Shown piece by piece: positions 1-13,231 of a DNA stretch of 64,000 bases. The position numbers and the translations under genes are program-made. Position 1 is the first letter of the stretch. The number at the start of each line of letters is the position of its first letter. Below the pieces are notes generated by a model. That model was not told where the DNA came from and made no database searches. It saw only the letters and a list, made by a program, of their open reading frames with translations. Location of the stretch: the NCBI RefSeq assembly GCF_009834535.1, contig NC_045697.1:114268001-114332000 (forward strand). Reading direction: 5' to 3'. This stretch comes from Camelus ferus (lineage: Eukaryota).

Positions 1-299
1 GGGAATGGAAACCTTTTACTGTAACAACTGCCAAATTAATGTCTCTGGTCAGGAACTTTCCTGCACACTTGGTTCGGAATTCCCAGTTTCCTATTAGACA
101 TCTCTATAGCTTTCTTTTTCAGCTACTCAAAAGAGAACTCACCCATCACTGGGGCTCTCTTCTTGTGAACATTCATTTGTTTCTTTTTGCATCTGCTAAT
201 TATTTTGTTAGCTTTATCATCATTTTACCCATCTTAGTCTCAGGAGATTGAAATAATAATGATAATAAAGAAAAATTAATTTCTATTAATTTCTTCCCA

Positions 300-490
300 T
301 GTGTTGCACATTGTGCAAAGTACTTCAAATGTATTTTCTCATTCAATCTCACAACACCACCATAGTATAATATTATTAATATTATTTGCATTTACAATTC
401 TAGTAACTGAGTCTCAGAGAGGCTAGTTGACTTGTTCACCAATCTGTGGGCAATGATATTTTGACCCAAACCTGCATATCTTAACTTCAG
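300..490 (-). mobile_element. MIR SINE fragment
   Basis: Reverse MIR core (ctcattcaatctcacaac...aactgagtctcagagagg...gacttg); boundaries approximate. Confidence 0.65.
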
Positions 491-529
491 TGACCAAAGG
501 GACCAAAGAATTTGATGCTATAGAGTTCT

Positions 530-1722
530 TGTTTTTATTGTTGTAAAATATAGAGAACATAAAATTTACTATTTTAACCATTTTTTCAGTGTACAGTTCT
601 GTGACATCAGTACTTTCTCATTGTTGTGCAGCCATCATTACCATCCATTTCCAGAACTGTTCATCTTCCACCATTGAAATTTTATGCCCCTATGATATGA
701 ATCCCTCATTTCCCTCTGTCCTCAGCCCTGGGCGAGCACCGTTTTACTTTCTTTTCCTATAAATGTGACCACTCTACGTACTGCATTTTAATGAAATCAT
801 GTAATATTTGTTTTTTGTGCTGGCTTATTTCACTTAGCGTGTCTTCACAGTTCATCCACGTGGTGGCACAGGTCAGAATTTGTTTTTATTTTTTACACCA
901 ATATCCTAGTGTCTGTACCAATCACATTCTGTTTATCTATCGATCTATCTATGGACACTTGAGCTGCTTCCATCTTAACTATTAAAAGTGATGCTACAAA
1001 CAGCACTTTGAAACCCTGCTTTCCATTATTTTGTATATAAACCTGGAAGTGAAATTGCTGGATCATAAGGTGGTTCTATTTTTTAATTTTTTAAAGATCC
1101 TCCATACTGTTTTTCTATAGTGGTCATGATTTTACATTCCCACCAATAGCGCACAAGGGTCCCAATTTCTCCACATCTGGCCAAAACTTCTGTTGCTGTG
1201 TGTGCATGCATGTTTGTGTGTGCATTTATCCGGTAGCCATCCTGATGGGAGCAAGGTGACATATTGTGGTTTTGATTTGCATTTCCCTCATAATTAGTTT
1301 GTTGAGCACTTTTTTTCATATACTTGTTGGCATCTGTATGTCTTCTTTGGGAAAATATCTATTCAAGCCCTTTGCCCATTCTTAATAGGGTTCTTTTTGT
1401 TGTTGTTACTGAGTTGTAGGTGTTATTTATGAAATTTAGATATTAATGCCTATCATATATATGATTTGCAAATATTTTCTCTCGATTATGTAGGTTTCCT
1501 TTCCACTCTGTTGACTGTGTTCTTTGATGCACAAACTTTCAATTTTGATAGAGTACAATTTATCTAGTTTTACTTTTCTCATCTATGCATTTGGTGTCAT
1601 ATCCAAGAAATCATTGCCAACTGTCATGAAGCTTTTCCCTAATGTTTCTTCTGAGTTTTATAGTTTGAGGTCTTATGTTTAGGTCTTTGATCCATTTGGA
1701 GTTAATTTTTTGTGTATGGTAC
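530..1722 (-). mobile_element. L1 (L1MA/L1MB-type) 3' UTR and ORF2 C-terminal remnant
   Basis: tttttattgttgtaaaata 3' end; 'gttttgatttgcatttccct', 'gatttgcaaatattttctc' and 'gtcatatccaagaaatcattgcc' are typical antisense L1 motifs. Confidence 0.9.
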
Positions 1723-1729
1723 AATAATT

Positions 1730-1920
1730 CAACTTTTTGTTTATTCATTTATCTGTTGATGGATGCTTCAACTATTTCCATTTTTTGGCTATTATGAAAA
1801 ATGCTGAGAGGAACATGGGTGTACAAATGTCTGTTCAAGTTCCTGTTTTAATTTCCTTTCAGTAATGCTTAGAAATGGAATTGTTCTATCATATGGTAAT
1901 TCAATCTTTAATTTGGGGGA
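1730..1920 (-). mobile_element. Second old L1 fragment
   Basis: 'ttcatttatctgttgatgga...ttggctattatgaaaaatgctg...atatggtaattc' repeats the L1 segment already present at about 935-1085. Confidence 0.7.
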
Positions 1921-1959
1921 GAATCTTTATGTAATTATTTTACTCTGATATCATACACT

Positions 1960-1960
<1 letters not shown>

Positions 1961-2003
<43 letters not shown>
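1961..2003 (+). repeat. (CTAT)10 microsatellite
   Basis: Perfect tetranucleotide run. Confidence 0.98.
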
Positions 2004-2464
2004 CCTCATTTATTACTATTTTTATTTTCTGCCCCCATTATTTATATTTTCCCTGTAAGTTATAATACTTATATTATTTTCTTCTCCTCTACACTGCCAA
2101 AAACACATAATATTGTTTCATCATTTACATAGACAGAAAATTGCTATATCCTGATTTTACTATATTCTATTTCATCTACTTTAGTTTCTCTTTCTTCTAC
2201 CCAGTAACACACAACATACATGTTATTTGTCTCCTTTGATTTTTGATCCCCTAATTGTTCCCTGTGGATAAGCCTCCTGATTCAATTAGCTCATGTTTCC
2301 AGCACAGTCCATCCTACGTGGCCAGCACTTCGAGCACTCTTTTGTCTATATTCTCACCCCCACGTCTTGTCCACCCTGTCCCGGGATTGGCAAGTTCCGC
2401 CCAGGTGCAGTACAAGTTTCTGTTTCCTTGTCTACAACCAAATGCATATACATTCCTGCAGAGC

Positions 2465-2683
2465 CAAGGTCTGTCAACTACAGCTTGAGGGCTAAATCTA
2501 GCCCACCACGTATTTTTGCAAATAATGTTTTCTGAGAACGCAGCCTTACCCATTTATTCATGTATTTTCTGTGGTTGCTTTCATGTTAAAACAATAATTG
2601 AGTAGTTGCTACAGAAACCTATGGATCACGAATCTTAAAATGCCTCCTCTCTGACCTTGATGGGACGTGCCTGCTGACCCCTG
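2465..2683 (+). mobile_element. MER58A-like hAT-Charlie MITE
   Basis: caaggtctgtcaactac...ctgctgacccctg termini and internal 'tgagtagttgctacagaaacc' match recalled MER58A. Confidence 0.85.
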
Positions 2684-3179
2684 CCTGGACAGTACCACAG
2701 ATCTCACAAAATATTGTAGTCACAAATTCAGCCCCAGCAGCAACGCTTCTACATTTTCCAAGTCATCTCTGTCTTCGTATTCCACGGCAACTCTGTCAAA
2801 TTATCTCCATTTTCTTCAGACAGTCTTAGTAAATGGCCTTGATTCATCATTCAGAGTGAACATCATTATCATCAATTTTATGCCTATAAACCAGTGGATT
2901 AACCTGTATCAAGATCCATTGCTTCTAATTGCCTCCTATTATTGTGGAAAAGATTCCTCCAACCCATGGATACTTTTTGTACCTGTGTGCAAGCTTACAG
3001 TATCCCTTTTTAACTTTCATTTCTTCTACTCTTCTTCCAATTAAAAATCAAACATGTTAATTTGTTTAACATATGTCTGCCTGTCTAGTCTGTGAAATAT
3101 AAAATATATAAGGCCACCATTGAGCACTCCTCTGTCTTGACTACTAAACTTTTTTTAATCCCATTCATAGACACTCTCA

Positions 3180-3445
3180 GCTGTTTCTACTGCCTTTAAT
3201 CAACTCAGGTGCTAACTAACTTCAACTTGGCTTTACTCCCGTGATTCCAAGACATTTTTAAGGTCATCAGTAATCTGCATCTTGTTATGTCTGTCAACTA
3301 CTTTCAGTCTTTTTCCTACTTAGACTCATAATATCTGTCCTTCACTGTGGGGCACTTTTTCTTTTCAAGCTCTCCTCACTTGAATTGACACAGTCCATGT
3401 TTTCCTCCAACTACTCTTGGCCCCTGTTTGAGTCTTTGATGGACT
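3180..3445 (+). mobile_element. L2 LINE fragment
   Basis: 'aaggtcatcagtaatctgcatcttg...ttcagtctttttcctacttagac...gttttcctccaactactcttggc' resembles L2 ORF2. Confidence 0.55.
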
Positions 3446-3514
3446 CTATGACCAACCATGGGAGAAATGTGTGCATATACAAACTCACCCACAGAAACAT
3501 TTCCATAACTTAAT

Positions 3515-3715
3515 GTTAAGAGTGCTTGTTTATCCAAGTGCTACCATTACTTATTGTACAACTTGAATAAATCTAACTTCTCCTTGGCCTACTTACTCAT
3601 CTATAAAATGTAATTTAATAATTATGCCTACCTCGTGGGGATTTTTAGGATGAAATGAGTTAATATGTATAAAGTGCTAAAACAGTATTGTGCACAAAGC
3701 AATGTCTATAAACTA
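3515..3715 (+). mobile_element. MIR SINE
   Basis: 'ctcatctataaaatg...cctacctc...gatgaaatgagttaatatgtataaagtgct'. Confidence 0.75.
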
Positions 3716-4219
3716 TAAAGGTCAGGAATGACCTCTGGAAACTTCCTTTGACCAACTCAGTGTCAGTGGACCTTAAGATTTCCGTATATAGATAATGTCA
3801 CAAAACTGTACATGTCTTAAGAGTCTCTTCATAATTGATTATGTTTTCAGTTCCAGTCTCTTCTGGTACCTAACCCAGTAAACAATTAACCTTTCTCTCT
3901 ATTAAGAAACTGAATTCAAGTTTTGAAATGTATATATTTTTTTCCATTTTATTGTGTAGAAGTATTACAGTGCGACTGCACATACACATTATATTGCATG
4001 TAAATACATATACACAGCATACTGCACATTTTTTTAGTTTTCATATATGTACTAATTATTGTTTCTAAGAACAGATTTGATCTTTAGCTTTTTAAACTTA
4101 CATAGTTATCAAAGGAATAAAGCCAACTACAAAATAAGAAACAACAGAATGCAGAAATCCAATCATAAAGGACAGTCAGATATGTTTACACATGTTCAAA
4201 AATTGGTTCTCTTATGTCA

Positions 4220-4543
4220 TTATTATTATTGTTATTATTTTTTAGATTCTTCATATAAATGATGTCATATGGCATTTTTCTTTCTCTTTCTGGCCCACTT
4301 CATTTTGAATGACAGTCTTCAGGTCCATCCATATTGCTGCAAATGGCATTCTTTTATTCTTTTTTTAAGGCTGAGTAGTGTTCCATTGTGTATATATATA
4401 TATATATCACATTTTATTTATCCAGACATCTGTTGATGGACATTTGGATTGTTTCCATGTCTTGGCTATTGTAAATAGTGCTGCTATGAACATTGGGTGC
4501 AGGTGTCTTTTTGAATTTCATTTTTCTCTGGATATAAGCCCAG
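4220..4543 (-). mobile_element. Young (camelid-type) L1 3' fragment
   Basis: Closely similar to 59075-59380 of the long L1 in this window (tagatt..catat..aggtccatccatattgctgcaaatggc..ctgttgatggacattt). Confidence 0.9.
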
Positions 4544-4871
4544 TTTTTGAAATTTATATTAAACACACCTCTTCAAAACCCTCTAGCCATCTGTGCCAGT
4601 CCACAAATCCTTACTATCTATTCATTTTTTTTAACGGACAAAAATCCATACATATTTTTAGGAATTTTCTCATAAATCCAGAAACTGTTAGCTGTTTTTC
4701 ACTTTGAAGAAAAATGATAATTCTATACAAAATAAGAGAAACTGCTCATGTACATTTTGGCATATGACTGTTTCAGTGGACATCAATAAGTTATTGGAGT
4801 TTAAAAATAAAATGTGATTGAAATAATTCAATATTGAAAAAAATGGGATATGTAAAATAACCAAAAAAAAT

Positions 4872-5413
4872 CGGTGGTAGTCAGAAACTGTCCCGAGCTC
4901 CAAACATATCCACATCCCAATCCAGGGAATCTGTTAATATGTTCTGGGGCTAACTAGTTAACTAGTCACGAGGGCCCTTAAAAGCAGAGCGCTTACAGCT
5001 ACTGAAGCCAGAGAGAAGCAGCAGAAGGGAGCTTCAGCAAAATTTGAAAGATAGGAAGGATTTGATGTGCCCATGCTGGTTCTGAGATGCAGGGGGCCCC
5101 CTGTACTATTCACAGAGAGGCCTTTGGAGGTAAGAGTGACAGCAAGGAAACTTCAGTCCTACAATTTCAGGAACTGAATTTGGTCCACAACCTGCAGGAT
5201 CTTGGGAGCAGATTTATTCCTAGAGCCTTTAGACAGGAGTGCAGCCCAGCTGACACTGATTTAAGCCTGAAGAAACTCAAAGCAGGGGGCCCAGCTGAAC
5301 TATTCTAGACCCAGACATCTCATCTCAAGAAAATGTGGAATAATGAATTTGAGTTGTTTTCAACTGGCTAAGTTAGTAATTAGTTGTGGAGGCAGGAATT
5401 GGAAACGAATAAA
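4872..5413 (+). mobile_element. MLT1E-family MaLR solo LTR
   Basis: 'tcagtcctacaatttcaggaactgaattt...caacctg...agagcc...ctgacac' and the 3' end 'gttgttttcaactggctaagtt...gaaacgaataaa'. Confidence 0.8.
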
Positions 5414-6886
5414 TCTATTAGTACTGTAGTTTTGTACAAATTATTATCACCATCTTTGCATGGAGAAAAGCATCCATTCATGCAAACTTGCTAGATATAA
5501 CAAAAATGATCTTCACCACCATGAGTGTTTTTGAGTATTTTTAAAAATCTTACCATTATGAAGAATCATGAGAGAATATTTGATCATTAATGTTTTACAG
5601 GATCATAGATATTAAAGAGCCATACAGAGTGTATATTATCTCTCTTCAAGAAGTTACAACCTATTAAATTCCAATGTTTTATTTATATGGGTCCATTTTA
5701 GATAGATTTCAAGAATGACTCTGAAGCTCATTAAGCTAGAAGATTAATTTTACCCAGTTAATCAATCACAAAGCCAGTGATAAACATTGAGCATTCACAT
5801 AGAATAAAGTTTTAAGTAATTTTGGGGATGCCTTATGTAGAATTCATGCAGCTTTTCAACACAGCAGCAAATTAATTCTCTTTTGGAATTTGTAAACCAG
5901 CAAGTATAAAATATACTCAACACTAGGATACCAGGAAAGCTCAAAGCTCAATATACGTGTCTCATACCTTACTTCTCTCTGTAGATTCTTGCCATAAATA
6001 ATAGGAGAAAAATTACTTCTCACAGTGAGTGAATGATTAAGTTTCAAAAACTATTTTCAAGCCGTCGTCACAAAATATATTCAGCTCAGCTATCTTCAAG
6101 TATGAATTTTGGGACACATCCTTCTGCTCAATAATGCCATGGACATCATTAGAGATGGAACAGAATGATTTTTTTTTTAATCCTTCCAGCCACATATGAA
6201 TGGAGTTCCTCTTTTCAATAACAGCATTTGTGTTATTTGTCTCCCATGATCTACCAGCAGCAGTACATGAATTAAAGAGTCTCTGGGAGAGATAGCACCT
6301 GCCACCCTTTAAATTTTACTTAATATACAGCAGCGCATCCTAGGTATTGATCTATTAATAAAGATAATTAACATCATGGGCTTTGGAAGGACGGAACATA
6401 CCGGCTTAGTAAAACTGCTCGTATGGTGGAGTTTATTACCCCTTGTTACCTAAGCAGATGAATGGAGAGCGAAGCAGAGCCAAGTGGAAATACCACACCG
6501 TTTTCTCTGACTGTGCTGCCTCTCTAGCCATTTGCCAGAGTCCTCTGGTTTGGAAAATTATGAATGGGTCCACTGTGTTAGATCCAGAAAGTATTATCGA
6601 GACATACAGACACACAGTATCTTTATATTACCTGGCTTTAGAAACACTTAAGGCGGTTATAATCAATGTCCTATGATTAACTCTCGTTGGGACAAGGAGG
6701 ACAGCTAACTTTCTTGCATATTATGACTAAAACTGCAGCTCTTCAGCCACATAACAGAACCAACACGTGGTTGTGTCTTCAAGCACATGTGAAGGGAGAA
6801 TCCATTATTTTCCTAATAAAGAAAATCCTGAAGGTTGACCAAAATAGTCTTCTTTATATGTAAAACACAGCACACTGTCTAAGTCA

Positions 6887-7145
6887 AGTCAGTTTGCAAC
6901 GTTGTGTCAATCTCTGGTGCACAACGGAATGTCTCATACACGTACATGCACACATTTATTTTCATATTCTTTTTCTTTATAGGTTACCACAAGATATTGA
7001 ATATAGTTCCCTGTGCTGTACAGTAGGACCCTGTTGTTTATCTATTTTGTATATAGTGGTTAGTATCAGCAAATCTCACCCCCCCAATTTATCCCTTCTC
7101 ACCCCCTTCTCCCATTGGTAACCATGAGTTTGTTTTTTGCATCTG
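6887..7145 (-). mobile_element. Camelid-type L1 3' UTR segment (part of composite, see findings)
   Basis: 'aagatattgaatatagttccctgtgctgtacagtaggacc...ggtaaccat'. Confidence 0.9.
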
Positions 7146-7213
7146 ATTGCTTTTTATTTGACCCTTTTAATAAGCTTATGGGATAGCTACTGGTATTGTA
7201 AATACATCCCATC

Positions 7214-7350
7214 TTTTTTTTTTTTTTCTTTAGGTTTTTTCTTTTTTTTTGGCAGTGTGGAGGTAATTATTTATTTATTTATTTGATGGAGGTGCTGGGG
7301 ATTGAACCCAGGACTTCATGCATGCTAAGCACACACTCTACCTTCCCCTC
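7214..7350 (-). mobile_element. Vic-1-type tRNA-Ala-derived camelid SINE, head partly deleted
   Basis: Poly(T), 'aggtaatt..tttatttattt', then 'gctggggattgaacccaggacttcatgcatgctaagcac'. Confidence 0.9.
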
Positions 7351-7519
7351 ATAAGTTTGTTCTGTATATGTCTGTGAGTCTGTTTCTGGTTTGTAGAAGA
7401 GTCCATTGGTGTCTTTTTTTTTTTTTTCAGATTCCACACATGTAAGCGATATCATATGGATTTTTTCTTTCTCTCTCTGGCAACATTGTAAACTGACTAT
7501 ACTCTGATAAAAAAAAAAA
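7351..7519. mobile_element. L1 3' UTR segment (minus, 7351-7480) fused to L1 terminal 27 nt plus poly(A) (plus, 7481-7519)
   Basis: 'ataagtttgttc...agattccacacatgtaagcgatatc' matches 58985-59125, then 'caacattgtaaactgactatact..aaaaaaaaaaa'. Confidence 0.85.
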
Positions 7520-9196
7520 GACAAGAGTGTTAAAAAAAAAAAAAGAGAATAGCATACTATCTAAATATTCTTGAAAGTGTACATATGAGGCCTTCGGATG
7601 CCTGCGTGATTTGATTCCTGTCTTAGATTGAGTATCACCATAAAGTAAGATTGTATCTTTGAATCCTGTGCGAATAAGGAGAAAGATCTTCAAAAAATGC
7701 CACATCCTGCAGATTCTTTGCTAAAGAGAAGGGAGAGTGTTAGTACTAGAGGCGCAACAGGAATATCTTTTTAATCTGTCCTCTGTCCTTTTCAGTCAAA
7801 GCTCATCAGGTGTTGGAGCAACTTGATGGAATGCCTGCTACGTAGAGGCACTTTTCTCAAAAGGCTTTTTGATTATTTTTGTACATACAGTATTAGCTAG
7901 GTAAGATACTTATAAATATTTATCTGACACAGTAATAAAGTGATATATTCAACTACAGTTTCACAAGAATGTATCAGTCATATTGAAAATTCTGATTACA
8001 GTGTGTTAAAAACCGAATGCCGTGCTGGCTGAGAGATTTGAAACCTGAGCCCTGGAAGGTCTGGAAGGCAGGGAGGATTTTTGCTCTCCCTTCAGGGATA
8101 AAACAGAAAGCTCTCTTGATATTGCAGAAATGATTCTTTCTCATATTTCTCTGAGGACATTTCCTCTAAAGAAAATCCCAGACCCCAGAAAACATATCGG
8201 TGAGAAAAACTCTCAGGCCCCCTTCATTTCTCCACAAAACAAATGTTCATTGAGTGAATACGTAAACCCAAATAGTGCCCCTGCTATTTGCCAGTTCTGT
8301 TACACGCTAGCCATGAAAATGATTAAGAAGAAGGAATAACATAGTTCAAGTAGGAAATATGTAATTTATGCATCATTTTTGTCCTCCCAGAAACACTTCC
8401 CCTCCTACAGAAAATGCATGAACAACAAAAATCTAAACACTAAGATATTTACAAAAGATTTTTTTTTAATGTTTAAACTGGTTCTGCAAAAATGCTGCTT
8501 TATTTATTTTTCATCTCCATAATGTAACAAGCATAGCATTTTTCACCATCTAATACCAATCCCTGCAGCTGCTTAATGAAACATATCCACTGTCATTTAT
8601 CATTATTTTCTAATGGTTCTTAGCTTTTCCAAACTCCTCTCAAAAGAAACTAAACAATGTTTTCACATAAACTACGATAAACTTATCACCTACTTAAAAA
8701 TATGACCAAAACATATTTCAAAATATGATTCTGTTATTTTATCAGGGATTGTTTGAGATCATATGAGAATTAAATAAAATATTTGTTTATATTAAAGATA
8801 TTTATTCTATCTGAAGAACTACCCAGTACAACCACGCTTATACAGTTTATTGCTTGTATTTTTTTAAAAACGTATTTTTCATGACATTTTCTGATTTAAA
8901 GCATGACTGAAACTTCATAGAAATTAACTTCTTCAATTTCCAGTGACTATTTCAGTCACTTTGGGTTGCTGATTTATCAAAGTTTTATCCCAACAAAAAT
9001 TAAGTTGAAAGGTAGTATTACTTGAGAGGTAAAGAAATCAGGGCAATCTATCCCAACTGAGAAAAAAAAAAAAGGATGGTCTTTGTATATTCATTTCCAT
9101 CTGGCCACCAGAGGAAGATTTTCTTTTATTAAAAGATTATTTTACAATTTAAATGTAGTTCACATGAAGGCTCTGTAATGTCCTTTGACATAAATA

Positions 9197-9315
9197 TTTT
9201 TTAAAATTTCTTTTCAATTTTTGAGGGTTTTTTTGGGGGGGTCATTAGGTTTATTTATTTATTTTTAAAAATTTAAATATATTTTTATTGAAGTATAATC
9301 AGTTTACAATGTTGT
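9197..9315 (-). mobile_element. Vic-1 SINE tail plus L1 terminal ~34 nt
   Basis: 'ttttggggggggtcattaggtttatttattt' is the SINE tail; 'tttttattgaagtataatcagtttacaatgttgt' is the L1 3' terminus. Confidence 0.8.
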
Positions 9316-9904
9316 AGAGGTGGAAATTGGCCGGGCCGGGCGGGGAGGCTGCTGACAGTGTCTTTGTTCAAGTGCCTTCATTGTAAAGGAGGGAGTCAGA
9401 GTCATATGGAAATGTTCCTCTCTGCCTTTTCTTTAAGAAGTATTTCTTTCTGGTTTGGGCTTGGTTTGTGTATTATTTCCTATATGTATCCCTTTCAATG
9501 AAATTAACCATTAGAGAGAGGAAAAGATTTGTAACATAAGCTTTTTCTTGTGAAGCATTTACTTAAAAATAATAGGTCAACGTTTTTCAGGTCCTTGGAG
9601 ATTACATCTGAAAATTAAACCATAGAAACACACAGGTGAAATGAAAATGGGAAAGGGATTTTTATTTCAGTGATGAAAATGGAATGTATAATTAGCTCTT
9701 TAAGACGAGACATCACTATTTCAATAATCAGCCAGCCCACTCTCATCTCAGCCTGTCCCTGGCACTCTGTACTACATCTGGAGGAGGTGGAAATCTAAAT
9801 TTGAACAGATGTCCTGAATGGTATGTCAATATTTGAGTTGCTATCATGGCTATGAATCATTATTACTTTGTAAACATCCTTATTTCAAGTGGCTTGAAAC
9901 ACGG

Positions 9905-10120
9905 CACGGTGGTTAAATACACAGACTTTGGAGTTTAACTGCCTGATTTTATAACCCAGCTTCAGTGTTCACTGACTGGATCTTTTCTTGGAGACTTATT
10001 CGACACCCTAATGCCATGGTTCACCACCCATGAAACAGGCATAACAGTTATCTCATAATATGGTTGTGGGGATTAAATATGTAGATATTCAGTTTTGGAT
10101 CTGGTAACACGGTGAATATT
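9905..10120 (+). mobile_element. MIR SINE
   Basis: 'gtggttaaatacacagactttggag..actgcctg..cccagct...ggttgtggggattaaat'. Confidence 0.7.
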
Positions 10121-11065
10121 CAGTTACGATTGGTTGCTGTTATTCTTGGATAGATTTGGTCTTGTTTCCATATTTCCATTTTGGAGTCAAGCAAGTTATA
10201 CCAAAATTATAGACCACATGACCAAGATGTCAAGTGGCAAGTGGGGATAGATAATAAAGCAATTTCAGTCAATTATCTCTTTGCTTTCTCTATCAAAATA
10301 GTTCAGCCAAAAAACTTTTATTTTTTTTTCATATATTTTACATTTGGAGACATCAGAATATTATAAAATACTATATTCAAACTGAATTACTGTCCCTAAT
10401 ACCTAACCCCAAGCATCTGTAAGCGGAGTATCAGTATTGTACTTTGATCTCTCATGACTCCCTCATCAATGAGTTCTGTTTATATTAAAAGGAGAATCTA
10501 ATGAGGGGGGTTAGTTACATGCCGTAAATGGTGGTGAACTCTTCACATATAACATAATTTAATCTTCTCAAAAATGCACAAGTTAGGTTTTGATATCACT
10601 ATATTAAATAAGAACAATATGGCATAGAAAGTTCCAGTGATTCACTCATATGTTCACAGCTGGTGTATATTGCAGTTAGGTTCTTAACCTGGGCACCTTG
10701 TTTTGGTAACTGAGAATAGTCATTTAATAATATGTGATCTCAATATCTAAGCTAATCTAGGGTTCATCTTTTGAACTGTCATTAGATTTTACTATAAGGA
10801 CTTCACAGCCCTTCATAATTTCCCTTATGTCTCTGGTCTGTCTAAATTCTACCTCCCTCCCCAGCTCTGCAATTTCCACTTTTCCTTCCATTTCACACAG
10901 TTTAGAAGTTTGAATATTTTCATCATTTTTCCTTTATGTACTCAGATTATTACAACAAACATACTAGAAATTAGGCTTGGCTCATCTCTAAAGCACTTAA
11001 ACTCTGTGTTTTTTTATGTTTCTAAATGGACGCTCTCACTGGATCATGCTGTTGTAAGTAAAATC

Positions 11066-11187
11066 CAGTGTCTGTCAAATGTGAGTGTTCATCTGAATCA
11101 CCTAAAGAACTTGTTGAAACACAGATTATTGGGTCATATATCTAGAGTTTCTGATTTATTAAATACTGATTGGGGCTGAGAACCTGT
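11066..11187. mobile_element. MER5A-like hAT-Charlie fragment
   Basis: 'gaatcacctaaagaacttgttgaaacacagatt..gggtc..agagtttctgatt..ggggctgagaa'. Confidence 0.7.
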
Positions 11188-11514
11188 GTTTAGGCTACAA
11201 AGGAGACCACTGGTATAGACTAATGGAATACAGCTTTAAATTGCTTTCAATTGCTGTATTCTGATGAGTGCTAAGTACTTTTAAAATGATTATGACCATC
11301 GTTTGTTGTTTTTAACCCTTGGCAAATTCTAACCAGCAAAATATCTATATTAGGTAAGGGCTGATAAAATTTTGACTCTAAGACTATTTTTTTTCTTTTC
11401 CATTGTTTAGATGTGTTTCTGTATTTCATAGACTAGAGGAAGCATTTGTGGAAGAGGAGGCTGTAATCGAGATTGTTAGTTGTAATGATCTACTGTCAAT
11501 CACTCTCACTGGGC

Positions 11515-11770
11515 AGGCTGTGTGGTGGTATCTGTTCTTAGCTAGATTACGTGAAATTCAGAGTTCGTTTCCACCATTGCTTAAATCTGCCCCTCTGATT
11601 AAATTAGTTAACCTCTGTGTGCCATGGTTCCCTGGTCTCAAATAGGAAAATGATAATAGCATTTCCCCTATTATGTAGTTTTATAATCATATAGATTAAT
11701 ATTATATATATACATATATATATATATATATGGCATCTAGAGATACACATAGTGAGGAATATATGAGTTT
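11515..11770 (+). mobile_element. MIR SINE with embedded (TA)n at about 11703-11731
   Basis: 'ttagttaacctctgtgtgccatggttccctggtctcaaatagg..gataatagc'. Confidence 0.65.
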
Positions 11771-13231
11771 TAGCTTTGACTTTGATGATGACATGACGCT
11801 TTGCCTAATGTAAAATATTTTGCTTGGAGGGTTTATTAACTGATAATCTATAATGGACATAACCATCAAGTGTCAAAATGAAATCCAAATCTCAACTTAA
11901 TGTGTTTTGCACTGCTTTTATATTTTTAATTCAACTATAATATTCCTGGAAGCTTTATAATTGAAATATTTCCAACAGAAAAACCTTCAAAAATATCATC
12001 TTAGTGAAGCAACAAATAGACTTTGCTACTTATGAGAAAAGTAATTTCTTATCCTTGAAAGTATTGCATTCATTTAAAAATGTGTTTGAAATCCTTTAAT
12101 AAAAACAGTACTTATAAAACAGCATACAGAATTTACCTTTTGTTTTAAAATCCATCTTTTCTATTAGTGTTCCATGTACTTTATAATTGAAATATAATCA
12201 TCAGAGTGGATCAATTGTTTGGCTGAATATTCATTTCAATTCCTAATTTTGGAGAAGACTTGTCATTTTCATATAAGAGAAGCTAATATTGCCAGTGTGG
12301 TAAAAAGTAACACTTTACCTGATTAAAACCAAATTAACCTAAAAAAAAAAACTGCTCTAGGAAAGTTAAGTGCTGTACTGGATATCATTAAGCTGTTCCC
12401 AGAATGGTATAGTTCTCGATTTGTAATAATTTAAGATGTGTATGGACATTTAAACAGTTTGTGTGTAACATAATGCTTACTGTGCGTCTTCAGTATGCTT
12501 TTTGCACCATGACCCTGCTGAATAGACAGTATGAAATCTTAGCTAAAAGAAATAGACAGGCCAGTAGGCAATCAGCTCTCAGAAATTTCAAACTATCCAC
12601 AGTAACTACACTAGAAATAGAGTTCGTGAAGACTGCAGGACAGCATCACATGTTTCTGTTTGAACTCACTATAGAAAGGAATGGTAAGCCATTGAAAGGT
12701 TTAAAGCCGAAAAAACATCTGAAAATATTAATGTACAGGTAAGTTCAATTAGATTGAGGTTGGCAAGACTGAAAGCACAAAGAGTTAAAAGTAAAGCAGT
12801 TAGGAAACAAATGCTACAATCAGATGAATGATGAAGGAGCCCTGAGTTAATTTACCTACTATTAGCAGGGATGGAAAAATACAACTGACCTTAGGAAGGC
12901 AGAGTGGAAGAAAGCCAGCTGAGGTTAAGCATTTCTCCTTACCTCCTGGAGACTCCAATTAAATGAGAGGAAAATAATAATCCCATAAAAGAGTTGGGCC
13001 ATTAATGAAAAGAATTTTAAATAAATTTCTCAAAGGCATGGGAAAGAATAAAAGATATTTCTACAATAAACATATATGATAAAATACCCAGAGCTAGCAC
13101 TAAAATAAGGGGGAAAAGCATATAAATTCCAAATCTGTAACAGGAAAATGATGAAATAAAAAGAAAACAAATAAATACACTGTATCAAAAAAATATATAA
13201 AAACAAGACAATAGTGAGCACAAAGAAAAGT

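Noticed and set aside
4953..4966. 14-bp palindrome actagttaactagt
   Set aside because: Lies inside the MLT1E LTR and is explained by a local micro-duplication.
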